Positions 51,998-64,000 of a stretch of DNA of 64,000 nucleotides are shown here, one piece after another. Each line of letters starts with the position of its first letter. The stretch's first letter is position 1. The notes under the pieces are model-generated. The model did no database searches. It was not told where the DNA came from and was given only the letters and a program-made list of their open reading frames with translations. This stretch comes from Mobula hypostoma (Eukaryota). The stretch lies in assembly GCF_963921235.1 (NCBI RefSeq), contig NC_086097.1, positions 87,856,001 through 87,920,000 of the forward strand, read 5' to 3'. The translations under genes were made by a program, and so were the position numbers.

Positions 51998-52039
51998 CCA
52001 CAAGAAACACTTACAAAAAAAAGGTGCATTTGGCAGAAG
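51998..52039 (+). CDS. Candidate SIPA1L1 cassette exon, 42 nt, phase 2/2
   Basis: cactaat branch-like motif (~51945), ttctcctctcccttcag| acceptor, AAG|gtaaag donor. In frame and stop-free: (S)HKKHLQKKGAFGR(S). Confidence 0.5.
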
Positions 52040-53202
52040 GTAAAGTGCCTGTTCTAACCTTTTCCAAAGTGTGAGCATGTGTCTAAGTTTTCATGGATAG
52101 ATCTATGAGAGAGTAATCGAGGATAACCACTTCTGCAATGTCATGGCAGTAATGTAGCTGGAAATGAGTAGGTAAATCTTCTTCCAATATTGGCTTCCCT
52201 TTTGGTTGTATTTCCATCACTCCCTTCGCCTGGTAATGCATGAGAATCACCACACATCGTAACAACAGATACTGTGTTAGAAATACGTAATTGTTCAGAG
52301 TACGAATCTTAATGTGTATATAATTTACATGAAAATCATTATATATTTTGTGAAAGCATGTTGTGTTCAGCATGTCAGTATAATTGATATGTGTTGAGAA
52401 TGTGTAATTTGGCTCATTTGCCTGAAGTCATTCATTTTGCCACTTAATATGTTACAATTTGATTAATAACTTGCAGGTTAATTCTGGTTGGAACAGTTCA
52501 CAAAGGAAGATTATGTACATATTTTGTGCTGATTGATTGCCATTTACCTGTCACCCTTTTGTCTTTACCAGTCTAAAGTGGTTCCGGTCCTTTATTTGAC
52601 AGGTTTATATCATCATGGCTCTATTCCTCAAAAAAAATCTCCCTTTCTTTGCATGCCTTAATTCACATTGTCTCAAACTCTGGAACTTTTTCTTTAAACT
52701 CATATCCCTCTTCAATTCCTGCTTTTGATGACTCAATGCTCTTTTCCCCTTGGCTAGAATTATTAGTCATCCTGGTGTGGTAAAAATGTCCATTATATTC
52801 TTATATCCGAGGTCTTTGATGAACAAACAGAATCCTTATTAATGACATACAACGTTTGACCACATTCACTCAAGGTGTTAATATGCAGCTGAGGATAACA
52901 AATCCCACCTCTTTAAAAGGTGAAGACCACTCCTTGCCTGCTGTCAACAGTTGTCATCCATGTTTGCACACTGCAAATTTTTCCACTGCAAATGAGCAAA
53001 GTGAGCAATCTGTTCTTAGACAATTCAGATCACTGAGTAATTTAATAACATCAATAATTTATTTTAAGAGGGGAAAATATGCAGACTAAAAGTGATATTT
53101 TGACTAAAACAGTGGATCCATGTAATGGCCAACTTGTGAGATGGAAGTTCTTCATTCTCAAAATGCATACTCCTTGTAATGGGGAATTTATTTATTTTCC
53201 AG

Positions 53203-53433
53203 TACTCTGAGTTCAAGGCATTCCATTAGTCCAGTGGTCTTTACACACAGTAGGAGTTCACCCCACGATGAGACTCAGCCAACTCCTTCACCCCAGGCGT
53301 CACACCATTCATCCTCCACATCTGGGCCCAGAACATTTTATCCTCGCCAAGGAGCCACCAGCAAATATTTAATAGGCTGGAAAAAGCCAGAAGGGACTAC
53401 CATTAACTCTGTTGGATTTGTGGATTCAAGAAA
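53203..53433 (+). CDS. SIPA1L1: SIPA1L1 internal coding exon, 231 nt, phase 2/2
   Basis: ttttccag|T acceptor, AA|gtaaga donor. Encodes [14 protein letters not shown]...[37 protein letters not shown], a motif diagnostic of SIPA1L1. Confidence 0.95.
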
Positions 53434-55033
53434 GTAAGATGCTAAGTTTTTCTCTGATTCTCTGAAGTGTTCTGTAATCCATTCTCTGTCAGCAGTTTAA
53501 ATACTTATGTATGGACCACAAATCAAGCAATTCTTGAATCTCTGTGCCCACACTTATTTCAGCAGAGTTTGCTGGGTCATATATTGCCCCTCCGAAGCAG
53601 AGAGAGTGGTTCAGGTGAGGGTGTCTGGGCATGACGTGTGTGTACTGAGACAAGTACAAATCACTTGCTACCCATGTACGTGAAGGTACAACTGTGACCG
53701 AAGATGTGTATCAATTACTGCTATAATCAAACTAAATAACTCAGTCAACAATTCAGAAAACTGCTCCATATAGGTGTGTAATTGAAAGATTGATAGCAAA
53801 TAGCACCAACAGAATGTTAGCAAGGGAAGTTGTTTTCTGTTTGAAATCTGATTTAGGCTTCATGATAATGAGAAACAGGAATGCTGAAAAGGGAATCAGA
53901 TCAATTTCTTAGAGGGTATATGACATATATAAATGCAGAATTGGGATGTGTTTTAGGAAAAATAGGCTCATCCATACAAGAAAATCTGTAATTCCCCCTA
54001 TTCATCTATGCATTGTTACTTGCATATGAGTACAACATTATGAAGAACTGATCAGAGGTTTTGTTGAAGTGCAAATATTGATTTGTTTTTCAGTGAAGAA
54101 TTTGTGTTTTCAGGTATAATTAAACTTTTTTTTAGTGCCCTGCTTTTCTTTCACATTAAAGCTTAAAGTAATATCTGAATTTTGCTTTTAGCCCTGGTGC
54201 CTTCAGATATCTATGACAAAAGGAAGATAGTTGTGAAGCTGTACTTGGGGTGCAAGATAATGTTAGAGGAGTTGCTCTTACCAGGGCATCTTTAGTTCAG
54301 TACTGATAACTAACATGAGGGTAGGTGAGAAGAAGAATAGCAAATTCCTTTATAATAGAGTACTGTAAAGATCATTTAAGAACCCATATGTTAAATAGTC
54401 AGCTAAGTCTGCTCTGATATTACAAAGAAAACTGATAGCAAGTGCAGCTTAAACTTGTTACAAAAACAGGATCGATCTTCAGTCACGTTGCCATTATTGG
54501 CTGAATCATACCGTCAAACTATAAGCTGACATCCAATAGATGCTTGCAAATAGATTTCCAGTGGCATAAGTATTTGAATTCCTTTATATGTGTCAAGTGC
54601 ACGAGAAAGGACAAAGATACTTGTTTCTTGACTATTCCTTTCTATTTAGATTTCCTGCTGTGTTGTCACTGTTAGTGACCCTGCGACAAAAGAGGAAATT
54701 AGCACAGGTTGATGGGAACTGTCATGCGGGCTCCCTGCACCTACAGTGTTTTTGATAGTGACAATAGAAGACAGTATTGTAAAACCCATGTAATAGACAG
54801 CCCAGACAATTTTCATGTTTGCAGTTGACCTGTTGACTGCTGTATATTTTATTGAGTTTTGAGAAAATCTGCCACATGTTATTCCTTATGTAATGTACCT
54901 CATTCCAGTTAATGAATTCCATCTTTATCACAATGCATGCATGGCTACAGTAGGTGACGATCATGACTCTATTTAATTGTTAAATACAGAAACTTGTACA
55001 TAAATTATTTATATTTACTCTTTTTCTCAAAAG

Positions 55034-55072
55034 GAAATATCCTGCAGCCCTTAATGTCTGGTGGAATGTCAG
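55034..55072 (+). CDS. Candidate SIPA1L1 cassette microexon, 39 nt, phase 2/2
   Basis: tttactctttttctcaaaag| acceptor, CAG|gtagtt donor. In frame and stop-free: (K)KYPAALNVWWNV. Flanked by several (T)GCATG motifs. Confidence 0.5.
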
Positions 55073-55890
55073 GTAGTTGAGTGTTCACGACATACATTCA
55101 AAGAACAAGCTTGGTTTGTTGTTTGAGCCACGGTTGCTTTTCATTAGCCACGCATGTGATTTTGTCATGTCAATTGCAGTATATATACGTAATCGAGCAT
55201 GGGCTTTGTTGTGTAAATTGTGAATGGCATGAAGGCATTTGACGTACACTGAATTGTAACTAGGGTACTAGGGCAAAAGAAAATGAAAATCTGAAAAGTT
55301 GCAGCTGCTCAAAATCTGAAGTAAAAGCAGAAGGTGCTGGAGACATGCAGCAGGTCAGACAGCATCTATAGAAAAATTCAGATTGAAGACCTGCTGCTTC
55401 CAGCATTTTCTGTTTTCCATGGGGAAGTGTCAGTTCATTAGCAGCACTGCGATTGCAAGTGAAACGCCAATCTGCTTTGTAAATCAATCGTCCTTTTTTC
55501 ACTAAGCACAGTGGGAAAATTTCAACAAGGACCGCAACTGGCTAGGGTCACCAGCAGCCTGGGGTCAAGGGTAATTTGATGCTGACTTCTCTGGTAACCC
55601 TCAATTCCCAAGAGAGGAGACTGAGGGAGAATAATGGCCTATGAGTTTCAACGCAGAGTGACACTTTTTTTTCCAGTGTTGTGTGTAGAAGTCAATGTGT
55701 TCCCCAGCCCCTACGCCCTCAAGATTTGAATGCAGTTATGATTGTTTACGGATTGAATCATGCCACTCTGGAAATTCAAACAGGCATTTCCAATCACAAC
55801 TTGCGTATGTGAACATTTTATAGTCTTGCCTGACAAGTACAACCTTGTGATTCTAAAACACTCGTCAGTGGGTACTTTCAAACCAACAGG

Positions 55891-56280
55891 GTCAGAATCA
55901 AAATCAGGTTTAATATCACTGGCACATGTCGTGAAATTCATTAATTTAATGGCATCAGTACAATGCAATACATGATAAATATAGAAACTTAAATGAATTA
56001 CAGTAAGTATATATGTATGTTAAATAGTTAAATTTAAAATAGTCGTGCAGAAGCAAAAGTAATTTTTAAAAAGTGAGGTAGTGTTCATAGGTTCAGTGTT
56101 CATTTAGATATCAGATGGCACAGGGTAAGAAGCTTTTCCTGAATCTCTGAGTATGTGCTTTCATGCTTCTGTACCTCCTTCCTGACAATAACAATGAGAA
56201 GAGGGCATGTCCTGGGTGATGGGGGGAGTGGGGAGGGTTGGTTCTTGATAATAGATGCCTTTCTGAAGCACTGCTTGATG
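55891..56280 (-). mobile_element. Rex1/Babar-like LINE 3' fragment
   Basis: tcagaatcaaaatcaggtttaatatcactggc tail, homologous to 25788-26170. Confidence 0.8.
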
Positions 56281-56659
56281 TCTTGGTGTTGATTGTTCTG
56301 CTGAAATCACAACGGTATGATAAGAATCTATTGACAGCATCTCTCCACCTATCTCAACCATAACCTCTAATATACCAATCCAATAGCAGTTGACATCCTG
56401 CAACTCAGGAAATGTGCTTTCAAATATTCCACTCATTGATGAAGAAATATTTGGTTTTATCAGATTGATTTCATGCCTTCAGCAACCAGAGTTACATGAC
56501 CTCATTTTTTGGGATCTGGGCATACTGGCCAAGCCATCTCTAGTCACCATTGATCTTGGTGTGCCTTTTCAGATTAATAGGTAACTATTTTGTGTGGGTC
56601 TCTGCCTCGAATATCCCCATGGGCAGAATATTCCAGATTTTGTGATTCAAAGATTGTGA

Positions 56660-56787
56660 CTAATATTGTACCACTCCTTCACCATTCCCCATCCCCTTCT
56701 CTCTCTCTATCTCTCTATCTACCTCTATCTCTATCTCTCTATCTTCCTCTCTCTCTATCTCTCTCCGTGTCTCTCTCTCTCTCTCTG

Positions 56788-56818
<31 letters not shown>

Positions 56819-56819
56819 A

Positions 56820-56892
<73 letters not shown>

Positions 56893-57275
56893 ATTTCTCT
56901 TTATCTCTCTCTTTATCTCCTTGCCTGCCCATAGCCTCCATCTGGTGCTCCTCTCCACCCGCCCCCCCTTCCATATCTGGTGCTCCTCTCCACCCGCCCC
57001 CCCTTCCATGACCTTCTGTCCTCTCCTATTAGATTCCCCCTTTTCCAATCAAGTATCTCTTTCACCAATCTACTTCCCAGCTCTTTACTTCACCCCCCTC
57101 TCAGTTTCACCTATCACCTTGTGTTTCTCCCTCCCCTCCCCCCACTTTTTAATTCTACTCCTCGTCTTTTTTTCGCCAGTCCAGCTGAAAGTTCTCGGCC
57201 TGAAACGTTAACTGTTCTCTTTTCCGTAGATGCTGCCAGGGCTGCTGAGTTCCTCCAGCATTTTGTGTGTGTCAC
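56660..57275 (+). mobile_element. PLE-derived 3' region/pLTR containing the microsatellite, a ~30-bp tandem duplication (56939-57004) and a decayed hammerhead
   Basis: ctcggcctgaaacgttaactg...gatgctgcc...gagttcctccagcattttgtgtgtg terminus. Confidence 0.7.
56697..56915 (+). repeat. Imperfect (CT)n microsatellite with ctat interruptions
   Basis: Read directly from the sequence. Confidence 0.97.
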
Positions 57276-58849
57276 CACAAATATCTGCTGAGTTCCTTGC
57301 TGTTCATTACAAAAATTTACGATTTGGATGTAAATCTTGTAGGTATGATTAGTGAATAAGCAGAAGATGCGAAAATTGGAGCTGGTGGTGATGGTGAGAA
57401 GGATAATCTACAGAGTGATGTCGATAACTGGCAAATTGGGCAGAGCAAAAGCAGATAGAGTTTAACTCTGAAAAGCATGAGCTAATTTTGGGAGGTCAAA
57501 TTAGGGAAGGGCATGCACCATAAATGCAAGGGCCTTGGGAAGCACTGAAGGGTAAAAGGACATAGGTGTACTATGTGCTGTATAGTCCATAACAATCTGA
57601 TTTCCAGCATACTTTCCCTCTCTGTCAATGCTCGTTAACTTACTGAGTAAATTTTCAGATTTCCATTGTTTGTTTTTAGAGTGAACGTAATTTGTCACCT
57701 GATCCAGGTTTTGACCCGCATTAGTTGTGCAGTGTGATGCATTATGCATATCCAAAATAGGACAACATTACCATCAGTATAATGCTCAAATTAGCACAAA
57801 AAAACGTTCATTGTTATTCAGATGGATTACCACAGGTTTTAAGTACATGTTATCAACAAGCTGAAGCATGATGAACATCAGTAGATGGCAGGGGAATAGT
57901 TCAATTATGTACTGAAGCTTAGTCTTGAGACTATGTTGCTCTGTCACAGAGAACTGCAGGAACTAATGGTAGTCTGGATAAAATGGCACTCAGTACTTTG
58001 ATACCCTGCAGGCTAACTTGGAAATGGAATGGTGTTAGCTGAAGCAGGAGAAACATTTGCTGCAGAAATTATGTTCTGATATCCACATGGAAATCGAGTG
58101 CTTTGTGAATTGAGCTGTGCAGCTATAGAATACCCTCAAGAAAAAAAGACTACTCAGTCAGTTCATCATTCAAAGGATGCAATTTAATAAAACTGTTCAT
58201 CGCAATCAGCATAGCCTTTAGCTTTAGTAATCTTAAAGAGATGCAAGTTTTTAACCTGTACTGCAGATAGACTTTTAAACAAATTTGCAAAAAGCTCAAG
58301 GAATGTGAATGGTCTTTAAACACAAATAATGTATCCTCATCATTTATTTGGTTTTGACTTGTTTACTTGGAATGCCGCCCTAATTTAGACTCAAATTACC
58401 TAAGTACCCCTAAGAATGATTAAGCAGTACTGAGGTCCAAAACCTTGTCTCAAATTTTGATTTTAGTTTTCCTTTTATAAGTTTTGAGGGGAGAGGCACT
58501 GCTTATTTCCTGCTGTCTCTCCCATTAAGTTTCCCATTTTATATATAGTGAAATACTGTAAATAGGACAAGCATGAATGTTACAAGGCATTAGTGCTGCC
58601 ATTCACGTGAAGATTGATATAGACAACCTCATAAGATTTTAGGCATTTGTTCCATGTGTTGCTGTTGCTCAAACATTTTCAAAGTGTGGGTATTCTTTAA
58701 AATTATGTAGGTGTATGCTTTCACTATAGAGCTACTTTAGCTAATTATAAACTATACGTTAAAAATCAAAACCCCTAGAAATGCAAAGAAAAGGCATTTC
58801 AGGATGTATATTGTATACATTTCTCTGACATTAAATTGGACCTTTGAAC

Positions 58850-59005
58850 CTTTGATTCTGCACATTCTGGAGATCTAGAGCAGCAGACATAAAATGCTGG
58901 AATAATTTAGTAAGTCCATTTATGGAGGGAAATAAACAGTCGACATTTTGGGCTGAGACCCTTTGCCAGGATTCAGTCTTGATGAAGGGTCTCAGCTTGA
59001 ACTGC
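58850..59005. mobile_element. Short PLE-derived element with two back-to-back decayed hammerhead motifs
   Basis: gggctgagacccttt...cagga followed by its inverse agtcttgatgaagggtctcagctt. Confidence 0.65.
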
Positions 59006-60431
59006 TTTTGTGTTTTGCTCTGCTTGAATGGAGAAAGGAGCATCCCTTTTAGCAAGTATGTGATCGGACTGGTCAATATCCATTCACAAAATAGTTATCG
59101 TCAACTGTCTGTAAGCCACGTGGTTTGGTTTCTGATTGTGTAAGTTTGTAAGTGTGCTCACTGGCTTTCAAGGCTGTCTAAGTTGAAATTTATCATCCTC
59201 ACATACATTTTCTTTGAAACGTCCCCTGGGTGTGCAAAAAAGAAAAAAAAACATGATTTTTAAAAGATTAGAAAATTGTAGAATTGGACGGAATTGAGGG
59301 CTTAGTGCTTGAAAAATGCTAAGCTGAAGGTTATAAATCTTTAAAATTTTCTGAACTCCAAGTTGTGGATGCTTAGTCATTGAGTATTTTCAAGGTTGAT
59401 TTTTGTTTCTAAGGGCAATGGAGGGTAACAGCATCAAACAGAATAGTGAATGAGAAATGGCTCCTTAGAATGAGAAACTGGTGAGATCAGAAACCATGGA
59501 ATGTCGAAATGTTGAATCCAAGTAGAGAAATTAGTAAAACCAAGAAGAGAATTCCAAATGAAATTGATAAGTAAGTGAAAATGTACTGTTTTCTTTTATC
59601 CAAGAAGTGTGGAGATTTTGTGTTACATGAGATTAAGGTGAGAGCAGACAAGGTGCACAACAGGGAGGCGATACTGAAGAACAGATTGAGTGAAGCAGTG
59701 ACAGGGCTGAATGAGTTAAAATGAGTAGAGTGGATTGGACTAGGCTTGTATTCCCCGTGGTATAGGAGATCAAAGGCTGAGATGAGAGTTTTTTTAAGAT
59801 ATTAAAGGATTTCAGAAAGGGGCATTGAGTGTTGCTTTTCTCTGGTGGTTGGGGAATGGAGAACATGGGGTCTTAACCTTTAAAATTATTGAGCCATTCC
59901 AGAGTGACATCAGGAAACACTTATTTATGCACATGGGATTGGGAATCTGGAATAAAAACAATGTTGAAATGCTCATCTGGTCAGGAAGTATCTGGATTTT
60001 TGTTCAAAGCATGGTTGCTTAAAGATAAACAATGAGTTTTAAAGATCTGCATATCCAGGAAGTATGAAATAAATCAATAGTATCATAGATGCTAACAAAT
60101 CTTTTGTTGAAAGGGATTCGGGCACCTTATTCTGCCTATGAGCCCATAAAATATAAAAATAACTGGATACTAGTTTCTCCTGTATCTGTAAATGGTTTAA
60201 CAATTCCTACATGAGCAGCATGATGGCCAGCTTTCCTAATTGGTGGAGTCATAATGTCATAGACATACATTTCACAAGTAAAAGCCTTTCAGCACTAACC
60301 AGTAACCACTCATTTACACTATCCCTACATTCATCCTTCCCTGAATTTGTCCTCGCCAATAACTGGACTCAGAACGTGCGGACATTTACTGCTCAATCAT
60401 ACTTTATTTTACTTGTGTACAAGGAGAATAA

Positions 60432-60840
60432 ACTCAGGTTGGAGGAGCAACACCTCATATACAGTCTAGGTAGTCTCCAGCCCCTTGGTATGAACATAGA
60501 ATTCTCAAACTTCCAGTAATTCCCTCCCCCTCCCTTCCTCTATCCCTATTTCACATCACCTCCCTCATAGTTCCGCCTCCTTCTACTACTTCGCATTGTT
60601 CTCCTGCCAATCACCTCCCTGCTTCCCCTCCCCCACTCCTTTGTCTTTAAAATTACTGTTTTTTTTTCAACTACCAGCATTCTTCAAACCCTCCCCAAAG
60701 TTCTTCCTTCAGTTCTGACGAAGGGTTTTGTCCCGAAACGTCGACTAATCTTTTCAACTGATGCTGACTGACCTGCTGAGTTCCTCCGGCGCATTGTGAA
60801 TGTTCCTTTGACAACAGCATCTGCAGATTATTTAGTGTTT
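60432..60840 (+). mobile_element. Penelope-like element 3' fragment with 10-bp TSD and hammerhead core (60711-60746)
   Basis: LRLEEQHLIYSLGSLQPLGMNIEFSNF, TSD aggagaataa at 60422-31 and 60841-50, and agtt-CTGACGA-agggttttgtccc-GAAA-CGTC-gact. Confidence 0.85.
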
Positions 60841-60939
60841 AGGAGAATAAGTGAATGCTTAAGGTGAAGATCATGAATTCAGTCCATTAACCCTTATCAT
60901 CAATGTTCTTCTGGCCACCTGTTCCCTGGTCCAGTGGCA

Positions 60940-62810
60940 CAGCTGACTTAAAGTGAGAGGCATGTTATCCATGTTGGCTTTTCTTGAAACTTTAAGGCAG
61001 AATATGTGGTCAGCAACACTTGGAATGGAATGGACCTTCCTAGCAAGGCTCCAGTAGGCTCTCACCAGTGCCCAGTTTCCTGGCTGGTTGGTGTGGCACT
61101 CTGCAGCTAGTACGATCTTCTCAGCTTCAGGAACCTGTAGATGGGAACCTTTAATACTTGTGTTAGTGCTCTATGATTCTGCAGCATGCTTCCACTCATA
61201 CTATGGATGTTCATCTATTTGATTAAAAAGAGAGGGACAGCTGACAAGTCCAAAACTATCTCATGTGGAGAGAGGCCTGTTACACTATTCAGAGCACAGT
61301 GCCTTGTCACGAGAACCAGTGGAAGCACCTCTGGCCACTTCCGCTTGGTCATGTCACGCCATGTAGCTAACCTGCATTTCAGGGCCCCTTTCTGCTTTTT
61401 AGCTGCCCCATAAGATTGAGGGTGGTAAGGGCAGGTTAAGTGATGTTTACATTGCAAGTCTTTTGTCAATACCAGTAAAGTGGGCACTGTTATCACTTGA
61501 AATTTTTCTCAGGGACTGCAAACCTAGGAATAAACTCTCATAATTAAAAAAAAACAGGCAACTGTTACAGCATCATTTCTCTATGTTGGACAGTTTTTAC
61601 CCATGGTGTTAGCAAATTTAAGGAAGCTTATGGGGTGTTAGCTTTCTTAAGTCGAGGGATAGAGTTTAAGAGTCACGAGGTAATGATGCAGCTCTATAAA
61701 ACTCTGGTTAGGCCACACTTGGAGTACTGTGTCCAGTTCTGGTCACCTTACTATAGGAAGGATGTGGAAGCATTGGAAAGGGTACAGAGGAGATTTACTA
61801 GGATGCTGTCTGGTTTAGAGAGTATGGATTATGATCAGAGATTAAGGGAGCTAGGGCTTTACTCTTTGGAGAGAAGGAGGATGAGAGGAGACATGATAGA
61901 GGTATACAAGATATGAAGATGAATAGATAGAGTGGATAGCCAGCGCCTCTTCCCCAGGGCACCACTGCTCAATACAAGAGGACATGGCTTTAAGGTAAGG
62001 GGTGGGAAGTTCAAGGGGGATATTAGAGGAAGGTTTTTTAACTCAGAGAGTGGTTGGTGCGTGGAATGCACTGCCAGAGTCAGTGGTGGAGGCAAATACA
62101 CTAGTGAAATTTAAGAGACTACTAGACAGGTATATAGTGGAGTTTAAGGTGGAGGGGCTTATATGGGAGGCAGGATTTGAGGGTTGGCACAACAGTGTGG
62201 GCCGAAGGGTCTGTACTGTGCTGTACTACTATTCTATTCTATTCAAACACAATCACAAGTGCTTAATCAGAATGCATACATTTAGGTAATTGCATACAAT
62301 CCATTTGGAGATGCAAGGGCCCAGCAGTGGCAGATACTGGCAGTGTCTTTCCGGATTATGTCTCTGGCAAATCATACAGTTGCTGCTACTTTTCTCGCTA
62401 TGGTCGAGAATCTCTCACTTTCAATTATACCTATCATCCTTTATAGCCTCACACATAGTAGGCTTGAGTTCATAAAACCTTTTTCATCTACCGATGCATC
62501 ACGCTTTAATTGTATTAGTTCATAAAAGAATTTGGAAAGTGTTGGCAGCCTGATCACACTACGAAGCCATAAAGATCTGCTCTCGCTGTTTTAGCAACAG
62601 AGTCGGCCTGTTTGTTCTCTCTAGTTATCTCATCCTTCCTGTTAGTATGAGCCACATAGTTAATAACAGCAATTGCAGTAGGTAATTAAAAAACAGGGAA
62701 AAGTGTTGGTGATGGTGGAGGTAGTAACTGTTGTCAAAATTGGGTTTGCACTGAGGCACTTTGAGCCCAGCAGCCAAGTAGTCCACAGGCATAAACATAC
62801 CCCTTGCGGA
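60940..62810 (-). mobile_element. Degenerate class I (gamma/epsilon-like) endogenous retrovirus: possible gag zinc knuckle, RNase H end, integrase
   Basis: Minus strand: LPTAIAVINYVAHTNRKDEITRENKQADSVAKTA (RNase H), CMICQRHNP, GPLHLQMDCMQLPKC, FIPRFAVPEKISSDN, CPYHPQSYG, WPEVLPLVL, TGLSPHEI, EGPF-QVLLTTYSALKFQEKPTWI-ASHFK. Confidence 0.85.
61618..62243 (+). mobile_element. CR1 LINE 3' fragment (young) inserted in the ERV integrase
   Basis: LYKTLVRPHLEYCVQFWSP, ERVQRRFTRM, TRGHGFKV, and (attct)n tail. Confidence 0.93.
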
Positions 62811-64000
62811 CATCACTGCATTCTACTCCTTCCATGCCCACAGTCCCATTTTCATGTTTATTGACATGAATCAAAGAACTATAAAAATCATACATTTAGA
62901 ATGACATTATCTAAAATATATCTACGCTGTTCGAAACAAAGATAGCATCAGTCACAAGTGGGTCACATGAGCCATATGTGTAGAAAGCAGGTAATGTTAA
63001 ACCAAAGTCTACAGTGAAATTTTAAGCAGAAATTAATCTGGTAATGATTAACCAAAATTTGGTCGCTGTCAATTTAGTTAAATATAAAACAAAGCTACAA
63101 GTTAAAATGACATTCAAATTGTATAGGACAGCTGTCACAATACTTATAAAGCAATGTACAATATTTCCCAGAGGCTATAGTGGAGCAACCCAGGAAGTGT
63201 TACTCAAGTACTGCCTCCATTCCCCTTAGCTTTAATCCTTTGATGTTGTAATTGTTTTTGGCGATATTGTAAAACACTCACAATTTTGCTTAACTCTCTC
63301 AACTCACACAAGTAACAGTATATGTTTTCCTTTACCTAGGTTGCAACTTACTTACAATAACATGTATTAAGATGGGTGTCCCCTCTTATAACCATATAAC
63401 AATTACAGCACGGAAACAGACCATCTCGGCCCTTCTAGTCCGTGCCAAACTAGAGTGAATCCGGAATACGTTTGAAAATATTTACACGTGTGTTCAACAT
63501 ATTAATTAACATCATTGTCTCCTGTCCAACACTTTATTTTTATGCCAATCTACAATGCGAGGGAAAAATTTTGTTAGAACTTCTACTACAGCAGCTCAGG
63601 GTTCATTTAAATCAACATATCACTCATCCTCTCTGCACCCCTCTGCCTTCTGTCTCCTGTAGTGCTGACATTCTTCAACGAGTACTTGAGGTGTGTGCCT
63701 TGTTGAAACATTGCCTGGGAAGGTGGGGTACAGCATATAGTTCATTCTCAGACTCTGGTGCCAGTAGATTCTTTTTTTAATCACTGAGGTCAACACTGTT
63801 ATACCTTGTCTGTTCTTTCTGTGTCGTTTCTTCATGTAACTTTGATTCACATTCTCAGCTTTTTTACATCTAGATTGAACAAACACAGGCTACCCTACAG
63901 ATTTCTTACGTTTTCCTTTCACGAACAACACATCTGCAACCGCTCAAGTAGTCCATTCCACCCATACAGTACAGTATATTTCTCAACATACTTAATGTTT

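Noticed and set aside
51933..52039. Longer version of the 42-nt exon using the acceptor at 51932
   Set aside because: It would leave a 52-nt intron and shift the frame (107 nt).
54650..54707. Possible exon KFPAVLSL..., superficially similar to the 39-nt candidate (mutually exclusive pair?)
   Set aside because: The 58-nt form is frameshifting with a weak donor (gttgat), and the 21-nt form has a poor donor context. The similarity is too short to trust.
56590..57211. LSLSLS/REREREK ORFs
   Set aside because: These are translations of the (CT)n microsatellite.
57177..57215. Additional active hammerheads at 57177, 11772 and 37060
   Set aside because: The CUGANGA or GAAA core is mutated or truncated.
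53434..64000. Next constitutive SIPA1L1 exon (…EEDLKKLID…)
   Set aside because: Not found by eye. It is presumably downstream of the window, though a diverged short exon could have been missed.
1..64000. CRISPR arrays, operons, prokaryotic defence or retron-type systems
   Set aside because: The sequence is intron-rich vertebrate DNA. All RT, endonuclease and integrase ORFs fit known eukaryotic transposon families, and no regularly spaced repeat-spacer array was seen.

Overview
Eukaryotic vertebrate DNA, most likely a cartilaginous fish (probably a ray, inferred only from the repeat complement). The window lies inside one large + strand gene, SIPA1L1 (SPAR1, RapGAP/PDZ postsynaptic scaffold). 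Six coding exons of its post-PDZ serine-rich region are present with GT-AG boundaries and consistent phases (9056-9328, 26848-27003, 32575-32702, 49639-49757, 51405-51880, 53203-53433); the gene starts before and ends after the window. The introns are packed with transposon remnants: CR1, Rex1/Babar and RTE LINEs, Neptune-like Penelope elements (PLEs) with hammerhead ribozyme cores, two Tc1 copies, a Tigger/pogo element, several SINEs, and a degenerate class I (gamma/epsilon-like) endogenous retrovirus split by a CR1. The most interesting signals are three frame-preserving candidate cassette exons (69, 42 and 39 nt, two with RBFOX motif clusters), the ERV remnant, the PLE hammerheads, and a young TSD-flanked tRNA-derived SINE. 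I found no evidence for a wholly new multi-gene system. All family assignments come from recognising motifs by eye, not from database searches, and repeat boundaries are approximate unless a TSD or TIR is quoted.
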